From Camelus ferus (Eukaryota), in assembly GCF_009834535.1 (NCBI RefSeq), contig NC_045696.1, positions 117,120,001 to 117,184,000 of the forward strand: 64,000 nt of DNA, in the 5' to 3' direction. Each line of letters begins with the position of its first letter. Positions within the stretch are counted from its first letter, which is position 1. The notes beneath the pieces are model-generated. The model did not search any database, was not told the origin of the DNA, and was given only the letters and a program-made list of their open reading frames with translations. Shown here piece by piece: positions 25,859-37,679 of the stretch. The position numbers and the translations under genes were made by a program.

Positions 25859-26399
25859 CATTGAAGCCTTCTTGAGGGAATTAATAGAGAACGAATTTTG
25901 GCCAACTGAGAAGTAACTAGGTAGCAGGGGCCACAGGACTGGAAATAAATGTCAAATGTATTTACCTGTAGAAACTAAACAAAAACAAATATGGAGGTTG
26001 TGATGTCAGAATAAAATATAAATATTATGTGCCTTGACTATGTAGAAATTATCTAACAAAAATTGTATAGGCAAGGGAGAAAGGAGGTCAGAAATTAAAT
26101 AAATCCATTGTCTTATTTAATGTATTAAAAGTAAACACAATTAGTCATTAAAGTCAAGAGAGAGAGAAAAGGGAGTAGAGGGGAAAAAAAGAGGTAACAG
26201 TCCAGTTTTTAATCATTATTCATAGTAGAGAACTTAGAGCTGTAGTTAAAAGAAGTATATGACTAAGGGTCTAATATAAATATTTATTATTAGAAAGGTA
26301 ACAACTAAAGAAAAAACACAATCTGAATGGCAGAAAAACAACACACAAAAAGCAAAAAAAAATTAATAAAAGACTTTTAAAAATCACAAGTAAAATAAA

Positions 26400-27620
26400 A
26401 TAAAAATAATAAATAATACCATGGAACAATGACAAAATGTAATTTTTATATCAATAAATCACCTATTAAAAGGCTTAACTTAGCTTTTAAAAGAAGAGAA
26501 TTCCCAGGATGAATTACACAACCCAATTCTATGCTCTGTAGCATAGACTCACATAAAAAATTACTTCTGTAAGGCTGAAAATGAAATAATTAAAAAGGAT
26601 AGACCAGAAAATACAAACAAAAATAAAGCAGAGATTCCAGCCAAACTGCATTTAAAGAAAGAGAAAAACCTAATAGTGCAGAAGTGTGTAACTCACAATG
26701 GACATAATGCAGTTATGAATATCTATGCACCAAACATTTATAAAGTATAAATTACAGGTGATAGAAGATGCAAAAAAGATTAAGGACTTGGATGCAAAAA
26801 TATAAGATAATAAAAATACTAGAAGAAAATATAGATGAATTCCATTATAACCTTGGAGTGTGGAAGATCTTTCTCTGAATCAAAATCCATAAAATAAAAG
26901 GTTGATAAATTCAACTCCAATAGAATAAACAAACAAAATCTATGCATGGAAAATGAAATCACCATTAGCAACAATAAAAGACAGACAACAAAATGGGGCT
27001 TATGTACCTATATATCTGGTCTTACAGACAAAGGACTAATATCCTTAATTTATAAACACTAAAAATTGAGAACATCAATAACCTAAAAGGAAAATAAGCA
27101 AATGATATATAAAGATAATTAATGGGAAACCAAATATAAATGGTTTTAAAACATAAGAAAATGCTCAATCCCACTTATAATATGAGAAATATTAAAACTA
27201 CACTAGACTATCTTTTAAAAACATTTAAATGGAAAAATTGAATAGTTTGATAACACTTTTCATTTGCAAAGGTAGTAGACTAAATATACTGAGAATAAAA
27301 TATTGACTCAAACCAGTGTGGTTTCTAAGGGTAATTTGGCAATGTTTGTCAAAATTATATATATATTTACCTTTGACCCAGTCATCATATTTCTATTTAT
27401 TTTACAAGTATACTTGTACATGTGCAAAATAATGCATGCAGACTGCTATTCCTGCAAAATGATGCATGCAGGAGCTTTTATAATAGAAAATGTTTGAAAA
27501 TCACTTGAATATCCATCAGTATTGAACTAGTTAAATAAATTATAATATATATAGCTTTACAAAGGAATATAATGCAGCTGTGTAAAGGAATCAGGAAGCA
27601 CTATGTATGGATATGGAGAA
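26400..27620 (+). mobile_element. old L1M fragments (endonuclease region and ORF2 3' part)
   Basis: acccaattctatgct...gactcacataaaa, gaatatctatgcacc, aaaatactagaagaaaatatag, cctttgacccag. Confidence 0.75.
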
Positions 27621-28191
27621 AGGTCACTAAGGTAGATATATGCTAGAGATGTGTGTGTACATCAATATATTTTTATATATTCATGTGTTTATATTTAAGT
27701 AGAAAGTTGCTTTCAAACAATTAGCTTTACAAAGAAAAAATGTATGTATATCATGCAATATTTTATCTATAAGGGAGAGCATATATAAGACTATGATGTA
27801 TACGTGTGTGTGCACTTGTGTATTTATTTGCTTGCATACAAATATAGTAACATTACTGGAAACACCAAAACCAATAATAAAAGTTATCTGTCAGGATAGG
27901 GAAATCAGGATGGGGACTGGACACACAAAGGTAAAGGGAGAAGAAAGAAAACTTTTTATTGTATATGTCTTTATATTTTCTTTTCTATTTGAACCACACG
28001 AATGTATTATCTGTTCCTTTAGCAAAGGATAAATAAGACATTGATGGGGAAGGAGAAATACATCAAACTACAACAAGCAGACTGATGAATGAGTCTGAAA
28101 GAGGAAAGGACAAAATCAGTCCATAAGCTTTGAAATACTGTGTACTTAGGGGGTCAAAATCTGGTCCCCACCTCCTGAATTAGCACAAGGA

Positions 28192-28220
<29 letters not shown>
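28192..28220. repeat. (TG)n microsatellite
   Basis: direct. Confidence 0.95.
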
Positions 28221-28222
<2 letters not shown>

Positions 28223-29689
28223 CTGGCCAGCACAGTGATGTTTTAAAATGCGAATCTTAGTGTCTACATGAGCCCGGACTTCCCAGTTAGCTGTGGTCAC
28301 TGGCCATCTTTTATTTTATACCAGATGCTGAGAAGCGTTTGCGTTATAATCTCTGACGTAGTCGCTTGTGACCAGATAGTCTCATCATTGGCTGCAGGAA
28401 CCATTACTTTCCCCAGATCAATCTCTAAGAGCATTTTCACTCTAGGAGAGATATCATCTCCTAAAACTCATTAGATGATCCTCTGACCAATGTGAGAGGA
28501 TAACCCCCTTGAACCCAGTTCCTCAGGAGTTAGGGGACCTAGACAGGTTGTGAAGGAAAATCTGTTTCCACCACCTGTAACACATTTGACCTGTTTGTGA
28601 AAAGCTTTTTATAAAAGAACCAAATGTTCCCCTTAACATTTACTTAAAAAATTAGAAAATGTGTTAGTAACAGCCTTATCTCCGAGATTTGCACAGGAAA
28701 GGACAACATGACCTTTTAAATATTCTTTTTTAGTTAATTCTTAGGATCAAGATTAAGAAAAGAAATTGAGAATAAATATTGGAAAAAATGTGACTGTTAA
28801 ACAGCCAAACCTGCAAGAGTGGGGCCCACAAAAGGAAAGTAATTGATAGATGAATAATACAATGTGTAAAGATGTATTAGTGTTTTCATTATTTTGTACT
28901 ATTTCTACTCAGTTGGAGCTGATTTCCATAGTAATATAGTTAGCTAAAAATCTGCCTTTGTATATAAGGTCTCCACAGAAAAAGCAAATATGAAAATGGC
29001 AATTTTTAAAACAATATTCTTTTTTTGTTTAATAAAACTAATGTTTTCAAATCTGCTTTTATTAAAACACAATAAATACCATCAATTTTTGACATGAAAT
29101 CTCATTATATACTGTAAATATTTATCACTTTCTGGGGGGAAGATTATGCAGGAGATGACTTCTCATTGATTCACTCATAAAGCTGAGTTAGAAGTGAAGC
29201 TTCTTTTTATTTTCATAAAAATAAAAGAGACTCAGAATTTGACATCCATTCCATTTGGACCAGATAATCAGACAAAGCACAGATGGTGCACTTTTAAAGA
29301 GCATTTTTTTTTAGCATTAGAAAAATTATAAAAGTAACGTTAATATAAAAACCTTCTAGGTAAAATTAATGGAAAACAGATAATGCTATTGCACAGGTAT
29401 ACCCTCTCCTATTTTGGGACTATTTTCTTACCAAATCGAAAGTTTGGGTGTCCAAAATTCCATTGAAAGATGGGTAGAACAATATAATTTATACTGCTTT
29501 ATGTTTATAGATCTGAAATGAAAATCTTTAGAATCAAACAATGGCTTAAGGTAAACACAAGATACATGTATGGTCTTGATGTCAATAAACCTAGGGCTAC
29601 TTGGGGACCAGCATAGCTCAGTCATTCATCAGATTTCTGCAAATTTGTAGATTCTTGGTCATTGATCATCAATGTCAATGAAACTATCA

Positions 29690-29840
29690 ATCTATGGGGT
29701 CTGACATGGCTTTTGAGAGCCTGATGAAAGCAAGATATGCACATAGATCTAGAAAGTTTTGGATTTAAATTCAGGTGAGTCACAGACCTTCAGAAGCACT
29801 CCCACCAAGGGTGCACGGACCACTGGTTAACGGCCCTTGA
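29690..29840. mobile_element. hAT-Charlie-type MITE fragment
   Basis: ttttgagagcctgatgaaagc...aattcaggtgagtcacagacc...ggaccactggttaacggcccttg. Confidence 0.55.
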
Positions 29841-30582
29841 AATAAATGATCTCTAACATACCCAGAACAGTTTAGTCTATTTATTATTAGGTCAATTACA
29901 TTCCTATTCTCTTTTCTAGAAATGAACAAATTCTTGTCCACCTGTAAGTATTCTGATACTCAAGACAGAAAATTGAGTCCATCATTAATGATCTTTTACA
30001 TAGAATACTACCTCTTAGTTCTAGTCACAAAACTGTAGTTTCAGTCTTACTCCTGGAGACAAAAATATAGTTAAACCTTATTAATTTTATCTTTTTCTTC
30101 GTTCTGAGCTATAATGATGGGGGAGGGGAAAGGTGAGATTCTATCATATTTACTGAGTCAATAAAACTCAACTCGTTCAAGACTTTAGCCTGGCATGGTA
30201 ACTTTTGGATATTTATCTGTTTACCTCAGTGCACTAAGTAATCTTCCCAGACAGAGCCACATAATAGTTTGGTGTGTCTTTATTGTACCTGGAAAACATT
30301 TTTAAAATTAAATACGCTATGATCAAACCATCAAAAGAAGACCAAACCAATTAGCCTTAGAATACTATTCTTTATTTTTATTATTCATTTTAAAAAAAAG
30401 TAGCATCATTTGGTAAAGGAAAGTTAACATCTCCGCATTCTCAAAATGATTCTGATTTTTTTTTTAACAACCCCTTTGAAGCTCAGAATTTTTTTTTTTG
30501 TGGATGCGAATTGCAGATAAAACTACTCATGTGCAATGAAACAATTTCTCCCTTAAGTATAGTGGTTTTTCAATATGCAAAT

Positions 30583-31497
30583 GTCCCGGTCATGCATATA
30601 CATACATATATTCATTTTCATATACTTTTTCATTTAAGGTTATTACAAGATATTGAATATAGTTCCCTGTGCTATACAGAATAAACTTTTTTAAAATCTG
30701 TTTTTTGTATATATGGCTCACATTTATAAATCTCAAACTCCCAAATTTATCCCTTTCCTCTCCCTTACTCCAGCAACCGTAAGATTGTTTACTATGTCTG
30801 TGAGGTAAGTCTATTTTCAGTTTTTTGAGGAATCTCCATACTATTTTTCATAATGGCTACACCAAACTACATTTCCACCAGCACTGTAAGAAGGTTCCCT
30901 TTTCTCCACACCTTCTCCCACATTTATCATTCATGGACTTTTGAATGATGGCCATTCTGATGGGTGTGAGGTGACACCTCCCTGTAGTTTTGATTTGCAT
31001 TTCTCTGACAATTAGCGATACTGAGCATTTTTCCATGTGCCTATTGGCCATTTGTATGTCTTCATTAGAGAATTGCTTGTTTAGGTCCTCTGCCCATTTT
31101 TGGATTGGGTTATTTGTTTGTTTGTTTATTTTTTTGTTATTAAGTTGCATGAGCTGTTTATATATTCTGGAGATTAAACCTTTGTCAGTTGCATCATTTG
31201 CAAATATTTTCTCCCATTCTGTAGGTTCTCATTTTGTTTTGCTTATGGTTTCCTTTGCTGTGCAAAAGCTTATAAGTTTAATTAGGTCCCATTTATTTAT
31301 TTTTGCTCTTATTTCTATTGCCTGGGTAGGCTGCCCTAGGAGAACATTGCAAAGATTTAGGTCAGAGAATATTTTGCATATGTTTTCTTCTAGGAGATTT
31401 ATAGTGTCTTGTCTTATACAGTCTTTAAGCCATTTTGAGTTTATTTTTGTGTATGGAGTGAGGGAATGTTCTAACTTTATTGATTTACATGCTGCTA
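30583..31497 (-). mobile_element. lineage-specific L1: ORF2 C-terminus plus partial 3'UTR, with an internal deletion near 30805
   Basis: ORF track 30857-31150 ([16 protein letters not shown]...REMQIKTT) and 31229-31501 ([11 protein letters not shown]...INKWDLIKL) are L1 ORF2 remnants. Confidence 0.93.
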
Positions 31498-32399
31498 GCA
31501 AGTGATATATTTTTTAAAGGGACTAACTATCCACTCTGTGAAAGCAATTATTTAGTTATTCTGGATCAAAAAAAAAAAAAAAAACCCAAAAAAACAAAAA
31601 AAAAAACCCCCAAAACCAACCATATTAAACAAGCAAGCAAGCATAACATCCCAGACTCAGCCAAAATCAATTTCAAATGCTAGCTTTTTCTTTTCTTGGT
31701 CACCATGCTTAGAGTGTTCCAGCAGACTCCAGGAATTTAAAAATGAACTGTGTTGGGCTTGAACTTGGTACCTAGACTGTCATTCTTAAAAAAACAGTAT
31801 TCTTTGAGTATGTTCTGGGGAAACTGGATTAACACGGCAAACGGAGCATGTGGCTCACTTCCCTCCTGCTCAACATTTCTGGAACTAATAAAAAAAGATT
31901 TCTCAAAAGAAGTAAGTAATGACTATGTTAAAAGGGAAAAAAAGTCTGTGAAGCAGAAATTTCACGACATTCCTAAACAAATATAAAGCAGATAGAATTG
32001 GAGAGATGGCAGTAACTGAAGGTCATGACATGCATGGAGGCCTGGGCAGCTGTTCTGTAGACGTTCAAAGACTCAAAGTAGGAGGAGTGGCTCAAGGACC
32101 ATGGTAAATGTGATAAATTGGGGAAATACATCTTGCACACCTGGGTAACTTACCTTTTCCCTTCTGACCTGGTTCAGCAGGACAGGTTAAAACAGAAAAT
32201 GATTGAGAGAAGCTGGTAGTATCCAGGTAGATGGCAACTTTCAGGAAGACCTTAGAATCTTCCACAATCGGAATTACAGGAACTCTCTAGCCAGGAGTAT
32301 ATCATACCCTACCCTCATATCACTGCTGCAGAAATATCTATGAATCTGGGTATTTAAACAGGGCCAATTCTCCTAAAAAGTTTCTCGAAATAATAATGA

Positions 32400-34030
32400 G
32401 ATATATAATATATCTGAAGAGTTATATTAGTCATGGAATAGAAGTCTAAAAATTCCAAGAGAAATTCCATCTAAATTTTGAAATTGTAATAGAGGAGAAA
32501 AGAACAAATGGTAGAGAGGAAATTGCTAAGAACAAAAAGGTAGAAAATCATTTCAAAGCTGAAGAAAGAAATGATTTTTCAGCTTTTGAGGTAAACTTAA
32601 TATCAAGCAGAATGTATGTGATAATTTCACTTCATGGGTGAAATTTTTAAAGCACTGAGGATAATGAGAAAATTTAGTTTCCAGAAAGAGAAAAATAGGT
32701 TTTTCTGCAAAGCGATGAAAATCAAGTTGGCACCATGCTTCTCATCAAAAACAATGTATGTTAGGAAACACTGGAGCAAAATGTTGACTATTCTGAAGGA
32801 AATGATTTTGAACCTAAAATTCTATACTCAGTGCAAAAGGCATGAAACTTGGAAGGCCTACCAGAGATGCTTTAGAATTAAAATGTCAAAACAATATTTA
32901 CCATACATAAACTCTGAAAAAAAAATGGTTAGAAAAAGACCTCAAAAATAAATAAATACACACATACATATATACATATACACAGTAAACACACGAGATA
33001 CAAAAAGCAAACCAGCAAATAAGCAAGCAAAATTTCAGTCCAAAGAAATGCATAAAACATTTAGTTAATTCTAAAAATTATTTATGCAGAATCTAAAAAA
33101 AAATAATAACCTAACCATCTGGATCTCAAATCCCAGATGATCTCAATATGTAATACGGCAGGGGTTGGGAGACTAGAAGGTTCTGAAAGGGACAAATGTT
33201 TCCAAAAAGGCAGGGGAAAAATACAAAAAAGAAAAAGAAAAATGTGAGAGAAAAGATAAGACATATAAAGACCTATCTTAGAGCTTCAACACACAAATAA
33301 TAGAAATCTCAGGATGAGAGAGCTCATATGTAAGGAAAAATTATTAAAGAGAATTTTCCAGTACTGAAGAGTGGGGAAGAGACTCACAGATATTCCAGAA
33401 ACGTTCCAGTTAAAATTAGCAAGTAAATCAAGAGAGAAGACAAGGCTCCAGAGAACAGTCAATAGTGAGTTGTTTGAAGATACCAATGATGATGAAAATG
33501 AAATTTAATAACTATTGAGCTATTTAACACCTGCTTAAGAGAGCTACGTTACTTACATGATTCTTCCAAAAATCTAAGAAGTTACTATGTAAAGTAATTA
33601 AGGTAATATTTAAATGAGAAGTTTCTAACCTTCATATTTGTGTAAACTAGATGGATCAAAAAATAGAGATAAAAATTATCAGAGTTACCATAATATTATT
33701 AGAAAGAACTAAAACTGGAATTATAAGAAATATCATCTTATATTGGAATGGGGGAAGTCAGGAGATTTTTTTTCTCATAAACCCTATGTACTACTTGATT
33801 TCTCATTAATGTATTAACTTGATAAAAATCTTAAAAAAGAAGCACAAAAAGGATAAAAATTAAGCCATTCAACAAAAAAATGGAAAAAAAGAAAGTGTTA
33901 AGTAGAAAATATTAAGTATGGTGACAGGAATAATTCTAACAGCACAGTAAATGTGAATGTGATAAATTTCTTTATTAAGATATGCACTCTCTCGTTAGAA
34001 AGAATCCAGCTATTATTATTTGAAAGTGAC
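32400..34030 (+). mobile_element. highly degenerate old L1 (ORF1/inter-ORF/EN start) fragments
   Basis: cttctcatcaaaaacaatg...ttttgaacctaaaattctatactcag, acctatcttagagcttcaacacacaaataatagaaatc, aaatgtgaatg. Confidence 0.55.
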
Positions 34031-34507
34031 ACATAAAAGGAGGCACTTGTCTTTTTGTGAAACATTCATCTCTTCTGCACATCTTTCGTCTCTGGAGACT
34101 CCATTATAAGTCTCTCATCCACAGGGTAGGTATTCCCAGCATCCCCTGAGATTATGTGACTAACTGGGAAACTGATGGAAAATGACCATCAATCTTTGGG
34201 CAAGGCATCCAGCTTCTGGCCTTCTGGCATCCAGCTTCCGGTGGGATTTGTGAGATTTGGATGTCTATACTGAATAGAAGCAGAACTTCTGTCCCTCACT
34301 AGTATAGCCAGTGCACTGGGGTTTAGTTTTTCCCATTAAATAGGCCTTGAGCCTGAGTACCTGGTTGTTCTCTGTGAACATACTCTGGGAGCTATTTAAT
34401 ACATTAAAATAAATTTCTATTCTGTTTAACTTATTTCCAAATACTGTTATTTTCATCTAAAACCCCTGTCATATACACACCTAAAAATAAATGATATGGA
34501 AAGATCA

Positions 34508-35620
34508 TGTAACAAGACACTTAAATGGTTTTGGGGGAAACCACGGAGACCATGGATATTATATTCCAAGGTGAAGTGCTGGATCAGAGTAAAAGTTTCC
34601 AAGGAGATGACCAAAGTCCAGTTACATGACCCTTCCATCCCCTGCCCACCAGAAAGAGTTAAAAGGGTTAGATTAAGAGATAAGTTGAGGATATTTGGGG
34701 AACCCCACCTCCCAAATGAAAAAGCATTCAGCAAGACCACTGGAAGAACTTGCTGTGTGAACCCCACTGATTTAAGGGACACAATGTGTCTGATTCCATT
34801 CTTGGAAATCTAAGTGGGAAGAGATGGATTTATTAGATGCTTTGAGGATTCAGTAAAGGAACAGGCCTATTCTTTTGGAATTTATCAGAGAAAAGGATAA
34901 TGAAGTGTGTTCTGAGGGTTCAATAGTGGGCCATGTAAAAGAGAGAGCTAGCTGTCTTAGGTCCTACCCAAAAGGACTCCAGAGAAAAGGAAGACTGTAG
35001 ATACTACTGAATGCCTATAGATCCAAGAAAGGAGAAGTAACCCCAAAATGGAGATAGATTTGCCCACATCAGAGAAAAAGTACCTGAGAGAGGTCTCCAA
35101 AGATGGGCCCACAATTTTGCTCCAGGAGGTAAAGAAGCAGGTTTAAAGATCTTCTCAATCAACAGAGGCCTGTAGATAGTACCAGTAAGTCAGGAACTTC
35201 CAGCTCCCTTGCCTCTGTTCTCTCCTTTGACTTCAAGACAAAGACCATGAATGACAAGACAGAGGAGTATGAGTGAAGGTCTAGAAGGCGAAAAAGTGAA
35301 GAAAGCCCCATTTTTTGATGGTAGGTGTCCCACAAACCCCAGGCCTGAACTGGATGAGAAGTAACAATTTTAAGGAAATTAAAAGTTGTCTCCTACACAG
35401 AAATGGACATTTAAATGACTAAAATCAGGCTATGTGTGAAACCTGCAGGATCAAAGATTTTGCTATTGAAGAAAATTTTTAAAATATATAATATGTCTGA
35501 GTTTTCATCCAGGAGCGGGAAACACCTTAAAATATATTTAAAGGACTATTGAGAAAAAAAAAAAAGTTGTTTTGTAATAACATCTTGAGAGCCATGTTTA
35601 TTTTTGATTTTCTATTTCAG
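34508..35620 (+). mobile_element. ancient Gypsy-like LTR (MamGypLTR1-like)
   Basis: begins TGTAACA; 3' part aatggacatttaa...aaagttgttttgtaataacatc...gagccatgtttatt resembles the MamGypLTR end. Confidence 0.45.
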
Positions 35621-35649
35621 TTTTAAAAGGGGACAGGAAGATATAGTCA

Positions 35650-36070
35650 CAACTGTTAAAAATTGTTGTGTTACAATTTTAGTACCAGACAGAACTTAAG
35701 GTGAAAGACATTAACCGAGATCAAATCACATTGGTAAAAGGCAAAATTCATTAGGAAAATATGAGTTACAAACCTCCAGGCACCCAACAGCATAACTTTG
35801 ACATATATTAAACTAAAACTAATATAAATTCAAGAAGTAATTGAAATAGATGTAGAAGATTTTATACATGCAAAATAATTTCTATTCTATTGAAAATTTA
35901 ATGAAACATTCGCTCAAATTGACCCTGTATTAGGCTATTAGAACACTTCAACAACATTCCCATATCAGAAATCATGCAAGCCATATTTTCTGGAAACAAT
36001 ACAATTATGCTATTCTAAATAGCTATGATTATAGAGGAAATCCAAATGTAAATTATAAATATTTAAAAAT
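35650..36070 (+). mobile_element. old L1 endonuclease-region fragment
   Basis: gaaacattcgctcaaattgaccctgtattaggc...gaaatcatgcaagccatattttctggaaacaatacaat. Confidence 0.65.
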
Positions 36071-36077
36071 AAATGAC

Positions 36078-36078
<1 letters not shown>

Positions 36079-36122
<44 letters not shown>
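36079..36122. repeat. (GT)n microsatellite
   Basis: direct. Confidence 0.95.
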
Positions 36123-36124
<2 letters not shown>

Positions 36125-36196
36125 TGTGTATGTCTGTGTATTCACATCCTATAAAGTGATACTTGGGTGAAAATTTCTGATATTAAATGTATTTGT

Positions 36197-37201
36197 GCTG
36201 CTATGAACATTGGGGTGCAGGTGTCTTTTTGATGTAGGGTTCCTTCTGGATATATGCCCAGGAGCAGGATTCCTGGGTCATACGTTAAGTCTCTTCCTAG
36301 TCTTTTGAGGAATCTCCATACTGTTTTCCACAGTGGCTGCACCAAACTGCATTCCCACCAGCAGTGTAGGAGGGTTCCCCTTTCTCCACAGCCTCTCCAG
36401 CGTTTGTCATTTGTGGACTTTTGAATGATGGCCATTCTGGCTGGTGTGAGGTGATACGTCATTGTAGTTTTGATTTGCATTTCTCTGATAATTAGTGATA
36501 TGGAGCATTTTTTCATGTGCCTATTGATCATTTGTATTTCTTCCTTGGAGAATTACTTGTTTAGGTCTTCTGTCCATTTTTGGATTGGGTTGTTTGTTTC
36601 TTTCTTATTAAGATGTATGAGCTGCTTACTATTTACAGTAGCCAAGGCATGGAAACAGGCTAAATGTCCATCAACAGATGACTGGATAAAGAAGATGTGG
36701 TATATTTATACAATGGAATACTATTCAGCCATAAAACTGACAACATAACACCATTTGCAGCAACATGGATGTTCCTGGAGAATGTCATTCTAAATGAAGT
36801 AAGCCAGAAAGAGAAAGAAAAATATCATATGAGATCGCTCATATGTAGAATTAAAAAAAAAAAGAACAGAAATACAAAACAGAAACAGACTCATAGACGT
36901 AGAATACAAACCTGTGGTTGCCAAGGGGGTGGGGGATGGGAAGGGACAGACTGGGATTTCAAAATCTGTAGATACTGACAGGCATCTATAGAACAGATAA
37001 ACAAGATTATACTGTAAAGCACAGGGAAATATATACAAAATCTTGTGGTAGCTCACAGCAAAGAAAAAAAAAGTGGCAATGAATATATGTATGTTCATGT
37101 ATAACTGAAAAATTGTGCTCTACACTGGAATTTGACACATTGTAAAATGACTATAACTCAATAAAAAATTAATTTAAATAAATAAATAAACAAGTAATAA
37201 A
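36197..37201 (+). mobile_element. young L1 with 5' inversion
   Basis: inverted ORF2 piece 36197-36628 (ORF 36142-36531), then sense ORF2 end, 3'UTR and A-rich tail; TSD taaatgtatttgt (36184-36196) / taaatatatttgt (37202-37214). Confidence 0.93.
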
Positions 37202-37679
37202 TAAATATATTTGTTAGAAAGCCATAAAGAAATGGATTATGCATTCATTTAAAGAAGGCAGAAAAAACCAATAAAATATTAAAAAAAAATAAAGGGAAGA
37301 AATTGAGAGAAAAGAAAGAATTAACTATCTAAAAACCAAACGTGTAAACCAGATCACTAAACCAGCACATCAGCCCCTGTCGCCCAGTGTATCCCACGAG
37401 AGGCCGCCATGACTCCTGGACCCAGCCCTTGGGCTGGTGGGACGCCTACCATCAAAAAGTGGGGCTTTCTTCACTTTTTCTCCTTCTTGCCCTTCTATTC
37501 ATGCTCCTCTGTCTTGTCATTTATGGTCTCTGACTTGAAGTCGAAGGAGAGGACAGAGGCAAGGGAGGTGGAAATTTCTGACTTACTGGTACTGTTGTAG
37601 TCACCTACCCACAAAGCTCTGTTGCTACAGGCATCTCACCCCGGCTACTGGAGCCCCCCTCATCCCTTTACTTGCAATC

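Noticed and set aside
25955..25995. Minus-strand tttctacag|gtaaat AG-GT motif (a similar one at ~58305)
   Set aside because: Weaker donors, in or next to L1-derived or simple-repeat sequence; expected by chance
27423..27471. 19-bp direct repeat with an 11-nt spacer
   Set aside because: Only two units inside a decayed L1; an ordinary local duplication
30990..31505. 171-aa + strand ORF
   Set aside because: Antisense reading of L1 ORF2, a common artefact
34204..34238. 13-bp direct repeat ggcatccagcttc
   Set aside because: Small slippage-type duplication with no further structure
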